Shown here: one piece after another, positions 41,818 to 51,128 of the stretch | How positions within the stretch are numbered: position 1 is the stretch's first letter | Layout: each line of letters opens with the position of its first letter | Made by a program: the position numbers and the translations under genes | Notes under the pieces: model-generated | Told to the model about the DNA's origin: nothing | Seen by the model: the letters and a program-made list of their open reading frames with translations, nothing else | The model's database searches: none | Source of the DNA: Myxococcota bacterium | GTDB taxonomy: Bacteria; Myxococcota_A; SURF-8; G963663525 | DNA: 64,000 nucleotides | Assembly (NCBI GenBank): GCA_963676915.2 | Contig: CAXXVK010000043.1 | Span: forward strand, 128,001-192,000 | Direction of reading: 5' to 3'

Positions 41818-43242
41818 ATGAACTTTGATATAAAAATGAAAAGTACCAGAATAGATAGAACACATTATTACTCTCATAAAAAAAGAAATATTGTGTTGAA
41901 AATACTCCTGCTAGGGATGATTTTGATTGTATTTGAAAAGCCTTTGGGGTGTTCTAATGATGTAGGAGTATTTCCTCCTCAGGGAGACATAGACACTGAA
42001 AAAATTGAAAATGAAGAATTTGCTGACGTAGAAGATGATAATGAAGATTACGAAGAAAATATTCGCGAGAGGCCTGAAAATCCTGAAGATGCGCAATACA
42101 CGAAAACTCTATGGCGAGATGAGGTGACAACAGGACAAACTTTCACTTGGGGATTTTTTCCGCGTGACTATTCTCCATATTTCCCAAAATACAGTAATTA
42201 TTTTCCTATTGTTTGGGAGGATCAAGGTAAAAAAATATTATCTGTCGATCATGGACGATATAGATCAATAGATCCATATCATTTCGTTGTTTACTCACTT
42301 TCTGAAAGAAAATCGGAAATTCTTGCAAGTGCTTATCTTCCTACCCCAGAAGATCCAGGATGGCAATGGTCTACCGATGCAACCTGGATCGAGGGGATGG
42401 TACTATGGGAGAATAAGTTATTGTTTACGTTTAGGAAGAATGGCTTGTATTGGAATAATATCGACTACGTAATTACGGGGTTGGTCTCTTTTGATCTTTT
42501 TAGTCATGAAGTGCGGTACTTGTATTATTCAATGAAACTTTGGAGCGAAGTAGATTTGCTTGGGATGGTTCAAAAATATGATGAAAATACGTTGTTGATA
42601 CGAAGAGAGACTGGATTATTCGTCTTCGACCTTAATGATGAAACTATGAATCCCGTTCGTTCCTATTGTGACGAAGATCATCCCTATTTACAAACATGTA
42701 ACGACTTTGCAAATGACAAAGACAATAATCTAAAAAGCGCGATAAAAGGACCATTAAAGGGATATGAAGGGTTTGCATTGTTTAGTGGTCGGTTGGCTTC
42801 ACTAGCTCTGCAGAATAGCGGTGATATAGTTATGAATTCTCTGATCCCATCAATCGCAACTGATTGCAAGAGTTGGCAGGAACATAAAGAATGCAACGAA
42901 TCGTGGCTTTCATTTTCTCAGGATTGTTGTGTGGATAGTAGAAAAATAGAAATATATAAAGAAAAGCCTTATGTCCTTTCTGCAACTCAAGCAATCCTTT
43001 ATGAAATCAATTTACAGGATAACGGTTATAAGAAAAAAGTAGGACGATCTCAGGCTGTTTATCAGTACGCTCTTTCTCCAGATGGAACTCAAGCTTCCGA
43101 AGCGATATTGGGAACACCCCAGGATTGGCTCATTACTCCCGATGGCGACTTGATGTGGTTTTCTCCTTCAGATTACTCTGTTCGTGGAATAGCCGGACCT
43201 TTGGAAGAATGGGCGGAAAAAAAGAAAAATACTGAAAAATAG
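41818..43242 (+). CDS. AT-rich putative lipoprotein (islet cargo), possibly beta-rich
   Basis: Hydrophobic stretch with PLG-C lipobox, acidic linker, aromatic-rich body; TTGACA at 41741 upstream. Start uncertain. Confidence 0.75.
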   Translation: MNFDIKMKSTRIDRTHYYSHKKRNIVLKILLLGMILIVFEKPLGCSNDVGVFPPQGDIDTEKIENEEFADVEDDNEDYEENIRERPENPEDAQYTKTLWRDEVTTGQTFTWGFFPRDYSPYFPKYSNYFPIVWEDQGKKILSVDHGRYRSIDPYHFVVYSLSERKSEILASAYLPTPEDPGWQWSTDATWIEGMVLWENKLLFTFRKNGLYWNNIDYVITGLVSFDLFSHEVRYLYYSMKLWSEVDLLGMVQKYDENTLLIRRETGLFVFDLNDETMNPVRSYCDEDHPYLQTCNDFANDKDNNLKSAIKGPLKGYEGFALFSGRLASLALQNSGDIVMNSLIPSIATDCKSWQEHKECNESWLSFSQDCCVDSRKIEIYKEKPYVLSATQAILYEINLQDNGYKKKVGRSQAVYQYALSPDGTQASEAILGTPQDWLITPDGDLMWFSPSDYSVRGIAGPLEEWAEKKKNTEK

Positions 43243-43368
43243 TATTCAATAATAACATCTAGATGATTTGAGGCATACATTCAACAGCTTAAAATCCTTG
43301 AAAAGCTTGCGTTTTTAATTATATTTTAGCGTAAGCGAGTTCGAGTCCCACCTCCGGCACCAACGTTC

Positions 43369-43395
43369 AAGCCGCCTGTTTCGGGCGGCTTTTTT
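43369..43395 (+). terminator. Intrinsic terminator (probably the original tRNA terminator, displaced by integration)
   Basis: AAGCCGCCTG-TTT-CGGGCGGCTTTTTT immediately after attR. Confidence 0.85.
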
Positions 43396-43618
43396 CGTGT
43401 TCTTTTAGCTTTTTCAACTGTTTTCATGGGAGGCGAGTGGTTCACCCGTCGAACGTCTCCCGTTTCAGACAAGTTCATACCATTTCGCTGAATTGACCGG
43501 GATTCGAATCCTGTGGTACATCTTAAAAACAGTAAGGATAAAAACGAGTTTCATCGATCCTGTTCGTTGGAGTGATGAAAGATTCCCGGTGTTATTCCTT
43601 GAATCCTCATAGGTTTTT

Positions 43619-45241
43619 ATGTCGAATGCATTTCCTTCTCTGAGTGATTCCATTTCGGAGCAAGACCCTTCGGTGTCTCTCGGCTGGTTGGTGGCCATCG
43701 TACTGGGACCGGCTTTGCTTGTGACGCTGTTGTATCTCAACACTCTTTCCAACGAGTTCGTATACGACGACTTCCAGATTCTTGTGTCCAATCGGTGTTT
43801 GTCCGAAAAAGTTCCCGTTTCAACAGCTCTGGCTCGGGATGTCTGGTGTCTCGAAGGAGAAAACTCCACCGGAAGCTGGCGTCCGATGACGTTTTTAGTG
43901 TTGCGTGGGATGCACTCGTTGGTAGGCTTGCAGGAATGGCCGTATCACCTGGTCAATCTTCTGATTTTTGCCTTGGCAGCGGGGTTTGCCGGACTGTTTG
44001 TATGGCGCATAAGCAATAAACCGGAAATCGCTTTAGGAGCCGGGCTGTTGTACTCCGCCCATCCGGGACATTCGGAGGCGGTGGCTTCGGTGGCCGGAAG
44101 TTCGGATGTGCTCAGTGCCGCGTTGCTGATTGCCGGGTTCGTCGTCTACGCCGGGTTGTTGTGTTATTCCTCTCAGGTCTGGCGTCGATTTGCCGGAATG
44201 GCTTTGTTGTTTCTCGCTTTACTGGCCAAAGAAAGCGCTCTGACCGGGTTCGCTGTTTTTTTTCTGATCGACCTGACCATAATTCTTCGTTCCCGCTCTT
44301 TGGGGGAAAAGCCGTGGTATTCCAACTGGAAACTTCTCGGTTCGTGGCTGGGTTCCATTTTGCTGGTTTTGGGATATCTTGCGGTTCGACAGGCGCTGTT
44401 CGGAGGAGTAGGAACGCAGATTCATTTTCAGGACAATCCCTTGGCCAACCAGCCACCGGGAACTTACTATCCGACGGCTTTTGCCGCTTTGGGAGAATAC
44501 TTGCGGCTGATGCTCTGGCCGCTACGGCTTTCGGTCGATTATGGCTACAACCAGATTCCGCTTGCCGAGGGATTCGGTTCGCTCAGAGTGCTTGGACCTC
44601 TGGTCGTTCTCGTGCTGAGTACGGTTCTCGCTGTGGTTTCCTTTAAGAAAAACAAGGTGTTATCTATTGGTATCCTTTTGATTTGGAGCAGTTTGTCCAT
44701 TGCCTCGAATCTCATCGTGACTATTCCAACAATGGTAGCCGAACGGTTGTTGATCGTGCCGAACCTTGGAGTTGCGATGGTTGCGGCTGCAGGTGTGGTT
44801 CCGTTGGCCAAACGTTTTCCCAAGTGTCGGTTGCTGGTTGTTGTTCTGTTGGTCACGGTTCTCTCTGCCATGAGTTTTCGTGTGGCGATAAGGAATACGG
44901 AATGGCGCAGCAATCTCTCGCTGTTTCTTTCGGCGGCTCATACCACACCGGAATCCCGGAAGGTTCAGTTGAATGCCGGGTGGTTTTTGCGTTTGGAGGG
45001 GGCCTATTCCAAAGCGCTCGAACATTATCGTAAAGCCGATGCCATCGATCCATCCCTGCGAGATGCCTTCCTGGATCGTGAATTGGGAATTTGTTACCAC
45101 GGTATAGGAAATTTCTCACAGGCCGTGTTTCACTACGAGCGGGTTTTAAAGCTCACTCCTGGGGATGCAATGATGCAAAAACTTCTCGATGCATCCCAAA
45201 ATGGTTGGATTCCCAGCGACCTTCACAAGATTTCCCGGTAA
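43619..45241 (+). CDS. TMTC-like GT-C glycosyltransferase (DUF1736 plus C-terminal TPRs)
   Basis: N.FVYDD, WRP, HP.HSEAV..V.G..D.L, KESA, WP..LS.DY, AER.L..P, then TPR helices. Confidence 0.85.
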   Translation: MSNAFPSLSDSISEQDPSVSLGWLVAIVLGPALLVTLLYLNTLSNEFVYDDFQILVSNRCLSEKVPVSTALARDVWCLEGENSTGSWRPMTFLVLRGMHSLVGLQEWPYHLVNLLIFALAAGFAGLFVWRISNKPEIALGAGLLYSAHPGHSEAVASVAGSSDVLSAALLIAGFVVYAGLLCYSSQVWRRFAGMALLFLALLAKESALTGFAVFFLIDLTIILRSRSLGEKPWYSNWKLLGSWLGSILLVLGYLAVRQALFGGVGTQIHFQDNPLANQPPGTYYPTAFAALGEYLRLMLWPLRLSVDYGYNQIPLAEGFGSLRVLGPLVVLVLSTVLAVVSFKKNKVLSIGILLIWSSLSIASNLIVTIPTMVAERLLIVPNLGVAMVAAAGVVPLAKRFPKCRLLVVVLLVTVLSAMSFRVAIRNTEWRSNLSLFLSAAHTTPESRKVQLNAGWFLRLEGAYSKALEHYRKADAIDPSLRDAFLDRELGICYHGIGNFSQAVFHYERVLKLTPGDAMMQKLLDASQNGWIPSDLHKISR

Positions 45242-45570
45242 ATCCACGTCAATGTGGTTATAGGCGTAACTATAGGATATTGTGGGTGAATTGCTGTTCG
45301 TTGCATGGTTCGTGCGGTGTTGGGGGCAGTGAGCGAACCTCCTGATTTTACGGAATTTTCTACGGTGCTGAAGGCTGTAATCTCCTGAGATATCCGTGGG
45401 TTACACGTGGTATAGTAGCCGCTCGTACGGTGGAAAATGCCGTTTCTCCTTGGGGGAAAGCTTGCACCCTTGTTCGGGCTTTGGTAAAATTACCTCCGAA
45501 TAATTCCCGGAAAACGGACGGGGATGTCAGACTCGTATGTTTCCTAACCGTGTTCGACAGGTGGTGACGA

Positions 45571-46662
45571 ATGAATCGGATGGGTTTTCGGGCGCACGCT
45601 TTTTCTTTGGCGATTTTCTGCGCTTTTTGTTTTGTGGTTATGCAGGGTTCGATTTGCGACGACATGCAGACGCTGCCGTTCGAAATCAAATATCCCTACG
45701 CAGATGACGGTTCCGACGCGCTGGAGTTCGAACTCCAACTTGCGGCTTCAGGAGGGACCGAACCTCTACCCGATGGGGATATCGACAGTGACTTCGATGG
45801 CGACTTCGAAGGGGAGTTGGATGGCGAATTGGAAGAAGACAGCCAGTTCACCAAAACGTTTTCCCGATATTGTCGAGAACTGGAAGAGGGCGAAGCCGGG
45901 TACGACCCCGAAACCGCGATGCTTTCCTGTCGCATGGCTCCCGTAACTCGTGAAATTAATTTCAAGGAAAGTTCAGCAGAGTTGTCGAAATACAGCAAAC
46001 TCTTGCGAGGAATCTTCGTTCGGGACGTTACGTACAAAATCAAAGATAATGAAATTCCGGCGGATATTCCAAGTGTGGACGTGTATTTCAGCAAAATACA
46101 CAAAGATGAGGATCAATGGGCCTGTCATTTCGTCAATCACGAATCGTTGACAGATGAGGAACGGGAGATTTGCGACCAAGGCGGGTTGTTCGAAGTTCCG
46201 GATCTTGCCGATTTCTGTGACGAAACCGAAACGTTGGACGAATTCTGTGCGCGTCAGTACTGGTTCGAGGACATCTGTGCAATGTCCGAGAGCGAAGTTC
46301 GTAGCTATTGCGATGGGACGGATATTCTCAAAAACGAAGGTGTCGGTGCACATGAACTGGTAAAACTGGGAAGTACTCACAGGATTTACAATTACTGGTC
46401 CGAATTGCTGCCCGATGACGATGTGAAATTCCCCGAGACATCCGGTGATATCCGAATTCAGCGTGAAGTGGGGAATATTTCATTGATTTCGGAAGTTATC
46501 GATAACGATAGAACGTACACCTTCGACATGATCACGGTGCCTCATAAGGAAGTGCTGATTCCCAAAGACATCGTGATGCAATATGTCGAATCCGGTGATA
46601 ACCCGACGGTTCAGATGGATCTGAAACTGGTGGTGATCATCGAGGTGAATCCCAATATCTGA
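45571..46662 (+). CDS. Secreted acidic hypothetical protein
   Basis: N-terminal hydrophobic signal, DGDIDSDFDGDFEGE low-complexity linker, several Cys. Confidence 0.75.
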   Translation: MNRMGFRAHAFSLAIFCAFCFVVMQGSICDDMQTLPFEIKYPYADDGSDALEFELQLAASGGTEPLPDGDIDSDFDGDFEGELDGELEEDSQFTKTFSRYCRELEEGEAGYDPETAMLSCRMAPVTREINFKESSAELSKYSKLLRGIFVRDVTYKIKDNEIPADIPSVDVYFSKIHKDEDQWACHFVNHESLTDEEREICDQGGLFEVPDLADFCDETETLDEFCARQYWFEDICAMSESEVRSYCDGTDILKNEGVGAHELVKLGSTHRIYNYWSELLPDDDVKFPETSGDIRIQREVGNISLISEVIDNDRTYTFDMITVPHKEVLIPKDIVMQYVESGDNPTVQMDLKLVVIIEVNPNI

Positions 46663-46725
46663 TCCGAACGGGTACCTTTTCTTTGTTGGGGGGAGTTGTT
46701 CCTATCCTTTTCCCATTGTATCGTC

Positions 46726-47439
46726 ATGAAAAGAATCGCTTGGTTCATACTGCTGTTTTGTCTTGTCATCGGTTTTTCCTGCTCGAAAACGCAGGAAAAG
46801 TCGGAAAGCCCTGCAAAAAAAACGGAGAAAACGCCTGCGCTTCGACCGATTGACGAAACCACCGAGAACATCCTTTACAATTACATCGACGAGCAGGGAA
46901 ATTTCCATGCGGTCGAGAACTCCGACGATGTGCCCGATGCGTTTCGTAACGATGTGGTGGTGATCGATCTCAACCTGTCGCCGGAACAAAGAGGTTCGGC
47001 CGAATCGGTGGTGGTGGCCGATCTGGAGCGTTTGGACGAAAAAGGGCATTTCACCTTGAGGGTGGAGAATCGCGCCAAGTTCGATCAGGCGATCAAACTG
47101 AAACGAAAGTGGAAACTCAACGAAGCTCCGCAGGCTTTGGCGCAAGCCAGTCCCCAACAACTCCAAAACGTGCAATTGACGCCCAATACGGACCAGGTAA
47201 TCCTTTATTCCACGGCATGGTGCGGATACTGCAAAGCGGCGCGAAAATGGTTGACATCCAACGGGGTGCCGTTTGTGGAGAAGGATATCGAAAAGGACGA
47301 TCAAGCCTCCCTCGAACTTCAAGCGAAACTGGCGCGTGCCGGACAGCAGACCGGCGGGGTTCCCGTAATCGACTGGAAAGGTCAACTGGTCTCTGGTTTC
47401 GACCGAAATATCCTTGAACAACTGAAGAATTCGAAGTAA
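46726..47439 (+). CDS. Lipoprotein with C-terminal glutaredoxin/NrdH domain
   Basis: GFS-C lipobox; LYSTAWCGYC, GGVPVI, GFD. Confidence 0.88.
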   Translation: MKRIAWFILLFCLVIGFSCSKTQEKSESPAKKTEKTPALRPIDETTENILYNYIDEQGNFHAVENSDDVPDAFRNDVVVIDLNLSPEQRGSAESVVVADLERLDEKGHFTLRVENRAKFDQAIKLKRKWKLNEAPQALAQASPQQLQNVQLTPNTDQVILYSTAWCGYCKAARKWLTSNGVPFVEKDIEKDDQASLELQAKLARAGQQTGGVPVIDWKGQLVSGFDRNILEQLKNSK

Positions 47440-47515
47440 ACCGCTCGAAGTCATGGGGAGAATCGGGCGTGTTTCGGAATGCATGGGTTTATCGCTGGTG
47501 GTTTACAGCGATTTC

Positions 47516-49033
47516 ATGAAAGAGACTATCGTGAAATTTCGAGATTTTTCGGTGTTTGGGCTTGTGTTGCTTTGTCTGCTTTCGATGTCTTGCAACGATT
47601 CCGGCGACTCCGCCGACGATCAGGATGTTGGCGACGAGGACCGTTTGGAAATCGATGAGTCGGATGGCGAGGAAGACGTCGCCGAAGTGGATCTCGAACC
47701 GGTGGATTATCCGCTGTACTGGAGCGATGGCCGCTATATTCGTGATGAGCAGGGCAGGGCGGTGGTGCTTCGCGGGATCAACGTGACCAATCGTTACAAA
47801 TATCAGCCGAAGCAGGAACCGACGTACGTTGGAGAAGAGGGATTTCGGCGTATCGCCGATCTCGGATTCAACGCCGTTCGACTGATTCACCAATGGTACG
47901 CCATCGAACCCCAGGAAAATCAGTACGATGAAGAATACCTTGCCGTGACCGTGCAGCGTATCCGCTGGGCGACCCAAGCAGGGTTGTATACGATCATCGA
48001 TATGCACCAGGATATTTACGGGGAAGGGTTTGGCGATAACGGCGCACCGGCCTGGACGTGCGACGAGTCGAATTATCAGTCTTACGAACCCACGACGCCA
48101 TGGGTGATGAATTACTACAGTGACGAAGTAACGGCCTGTTTCGACCATTTCTGGGAAACCACGAGTTTGTGGGAGCATTTGCAGAAAAGCGCGGCAGAGG
48201 TCGGACGCCGGGTGGCCGATGATACAAGAGTCATCGGTTTCGATCCCTTCAACGAGCCGTTCTGGGGCTCGCGGGATGTGTCGGATTTCGAAGCCGGTCC
48301 TTTGTGGTCATTTCATGCGGATTTCTCGGATGCCGTCGATGAAAGCTTACCGGAGCGGCTGGTGTTCTTCCAGCCGACCATCATGTTCAATACGGCGCTC
48401 GAAACGGCTTTTCCTGCGCAAGCTGCCGAACTTCGTGGGGTTTTCACGCCTCATTATTATCACCCGAAAATGGAGCTTCTCCACGAGTATGACGAAAACC
48501 GCACGGAGGTCTTCGAGGCCGTCGAACGTGCCCGAAGTGAGTCCGACCGTTTGGGTGTGCCTCTTGTGTTCGGTGAGTTGGGCGCGTACAACGATTCAGT
48601 CAATCTGGAACGGTATCTCATCGATCTTTTCGACGCCCTGGACCACGAGCAAGTCGGTGGAATTTTTTGGGGTTTCGGTCCCGAAGATAAAAGCATCATG
48701 GCCGATGAAGATGGAACGCTGCTACCCGAAGCCGGGCCGATTTTCAGGCCGTCCCCTTCGGCGGTGGCAGGTACGCCCGTATCGTTTTCATGGGATTTCG
48801 AAACCGGTCGCTTCGAGTTGATCTGGGAGGAAGATCCCCGCTCGGGAGATACCGAAATCAATCTGCCCGCCTGGATGCTCGACAGTGGATTTTCCATGGA
48901 AATCGACGAGGAACAGGCCGAACCCCAATTCAATACCTTGCAGACTCGTCTTGTTATCCCAGGAGGTCAGGGGGGACGGCGGCAGGTTGTTCTCGTCGCA
49001 AAACAAAAGTACCGGGACGCCACAACGGAGTAA
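47516..49033 (+). CDS. GH5 glycoside hydrolase, endoglycoceramidase-like lipoprotein
   Basis: LRGIN, GFNAVRL, IDMHQD, GAPAW, FNEP (acid/base), FGELG (nucleophile), RP.P.AVAG.P C-terminal domain; LSMS-C lipobox. Confidence 0.87.
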   Translation: MKETIVKFRDFSVFGLVLLCLLSMSCNDSGDSADDQDVGDEDRLEIDESDGEEDVAEVDLEPVDYPLYWSDGRYIRDEQGRAVVLRGINVTNRYKYQPKQEPTYVGEEGFRRIADLGFNAVRLIHQWYAIEPQENQYDEEYLAVTVQRIRWATQAGLYTIIDMHQDIYGEGFGDNGAPAWTCDESNYQSYEPTTPWVMNYYSDEVTACFDHFWETTSLWEHLQKSAAEVGRRVADDTRVIGFDPFNEPFWGSRDVSDFEAGPLWSFHADFSDAVDESLPERLVFFQPTIMFNTALETAFPAQAAELRGVFTPHYYHPKMELLHEYDENRTEVFEAVERARSESDRLGVPLVFGELGAYNDSVNLERYLIDLFDALDHEQVGGIFWGFGPEDKSIMADEDGTLLPEAGPIFRPSPSAVAGTPVSFSWDFETGRFELIWEEDPRSGDTEINLPAWMLDSGFSMEIDEEQAEPQFNTLQTRLVIPGGQGGRRQVVLVAKQKYRDATTE

Positions 49034-49173
49034 ACAACGGATTCGTGATGGGTTAAGGCATTACTCCCGTACAAAAGCATCCTATGGTTGTACTGATTCC
49101 GACACCATGTTTGATTGATTGAACATGTTTTGGTACAATTTCGCGCATAATGAATGATGACTCATGGCGAACC

Positions 49174-50170
49174 ATGAAAAAAAGAACCATAGAATCGGCG
49201 CGATCCGGCGGGGAATCGCTGAAATCGATCGCTCGGCTGGGTGTGCTCGTTCTTTTGCTCCTGGTTCTCCTAAACTGCCAGCCCTCCGAACGCGCTGTAA
49301 ATTCCCCGGCAGACCTCGACAACCCACCAGCCTCGTCTAGCGAAGTGGAAGAATCTGACTTTCACGATATGGACGCAATGGAAGACGACGAAGCCGAAGA
49401 AGATACCGATCCTGATTTTCCCTGGTGCGATCCCGAATGGATCTCCAACCCGATGCCAATCGAAGATTTTCTTTCGCAACAAACGTGTCGGGAACATCCC
49501 GATTGCTCGGAAGGGTATTACTGCGTGCGAAAAGAAAATGAAGACGAAGGTCTTTGCGCGAAAAAATGCACTCCTGGGGAGGATTGCCCGGAAAAACTCT
49601 GTGGTTCAGGGTGTCCACCGGGTCAAATCTGCGGGTGTTGTCCTGGCAAGGTTTGCGGGTGGGATTGGGATGATACTTTCCCTACCTGCAAAAAGGAATG
49701 TGGTATATTTTCAAGATATCAATATTGCTCTAATGATTTGACTTGTCTGTTTAGCGTTTTTTCCTGAACCCGGTGGGATTGCTCCAGGACATTGCATTGC
49801 TCCGTATCCATACCACTCGAATGGATGTCCAGAAAACTATTTCAGTGGAGGGCATATGTTCCCAGGTCATTGTTATCCTGGTGATGATGGATCGTGCGAA
49901 GAAGAGTGTCATCCAGGGTATGCTTGTCAAGGTGGAGCTTGTCAAATTATGCGTCCTAAAAAATGCGCGGATATAATGTGTACTTGGCATTCAGCTCCTC
50001 GCTGTATTTTATCCTTTGAATGTTCTATAAAGGGCGAGCGTTGTATTAAGCATGAAGAAACTTGCTGTGGAAATCTACGATGTTGCGCTCAAGAGGATTT
50101 ACCTCAGGATGAAGGGCGATGCACTCCCCAACAGGATTGTGAAAGCGGTATCTTTCTGGACCCCTACTGA
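49174..50170 (+). pseudogene. Cys-rich lipoprotein split by a 1-nt frameshift
   Basis: ORF 49150-49767 stops just after T6 (49757-49762). Removing one T reads SVFPEPGGIAPGHCIAPYPYHSNGCPENYFSGGH into ORF 49856-50170 with no stop. Confidence 0.75.
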
Positions 50171-50223
50171 CGGTGGTTCCGATATCCGTGGATTCCGTGC
50201 CGTATGAAACGGAGGATTCGGTC

Positions 50224-51087
50224 ATGAAAATGTCTTTTACTTTTTTAGTGATTTTGCTCTTGGGACTCCCTTGTTGGGGATGTTTCGAATCTTCCGACGA
50301 CGAACCCGGTCACGGAGATAGCGAACTCGATAGCCTCGACGACGAAACCCCAACCGCTGCGGATGAAGACAACCCGGAGGATGCCGAGTCGGACGAAGAA
50401 ACCATCCTCTGCGATGCACAAAGCTACGATCCCGGTGCCTTTTTCGGCATTTTGGAGGGTCTGACTTCCACAAGCCGTAGAAAAGTCATGCCGTTTTATA
50501 GTTGGTATGTTCTTGATTTCGTTTACGATTCCGACGCCGACGTACTCGATATTACAAGCTACTGGATCAACAAGTTGCCGATGTGCGCTTGTGGGCTGGA
50601 TCTGCCCGACGATTCGGTGGATGTTCCCGGCGACCCGGAGGTGCTGGAATACATCGAAACCAACGGCATCGGCCAAGGAAGCGGTTTTCTCACGATTCGC
50701 CTGGATCTTGCGACGGGTGCAAGCCATGCTATAGCCCGAGATCTCGGAGCAGAGGATGCCGAGTTGCCCACTCTGCCAGGGAGCGGCGGCCAGAGCTACG
50801 ATATCGAAGTGCAGCGGGCGGGCGGTTCGGTAACCTTCCTGCTCGAAGCCGCCGGAGGCTACGATTTGCGGGGATGCCCGACCGGAAACACCCAGCAAAC
50901 CAAAAAGATTCTGAACGTGTTACGAGACGGTCCGTGGGGAACGGATCTCTCGATTTGCGGGGAAGACAGCGAAGGAACGACGGATTGTGGCTTGCCCGAA
51001 CCCACCGAGACACTGGAAACGATTTCGACAAAAACGCCGGGAGCCTATCTCTGCGATTCGGAGGGGTGCACGTTACAAGAGGAATAG
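50224..51087 (+). CDS. Hypothetical lipoprotein
   Basis: GGAGG RBS, CWG-C lipobox, acidic linker. Confidence 0.8.
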   Translation: MKMSFTFLVILLLGLPCWGCFESSDDEPGHGDSELDSLDDETPTAADEDNPEDAESDEETILCDAQSYDPGAFFGILEGLTSTSRRKVMPFYSWYVLDFVYDSDADVLDITSYWINKLPMCACGLDLPDDSVDVPGDPEVLEYIETNGIGQGSGFLTIRLDLATGASHAIARDLGAEDAELPTLPGSGGQSYDIEVQRAGGSVTFLLEAAGGYDLRGCPTGNTQQTKKILNVLRDGPWGTDLSICGEDSEGTTDCGLPEPTETLETISTKTPGAYLCDSEGCTLQEE

Positions 51088-51128
51088 TTTTTTATTTCCA
51101 CTGTTTTTCATCGGAAATTTTGCCTTCG

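Larger units (their letters stand above)
41110..43364. mobile_element. Degenerate genomic islet integrated in tRNA-Leu, bounded by 26-bp direct repeats (attL/attR)
   Basis: GTTCGAGTCCCACCTCCGGCACCAAC at 41110-41135 and 43339-43364; AT-rich interior; integrase remnant. Confidence 0.92.

Noticed and set aside
43339-43364. Second tRNA gene
   Set aside because: Only the T-arm and acceptor 3' half are present; it is the attR duplication.
45242-45570. 330-bp intergenic region as a possible ncRNA
   Set aside because: No convincing stems, terminator or known motif identified.
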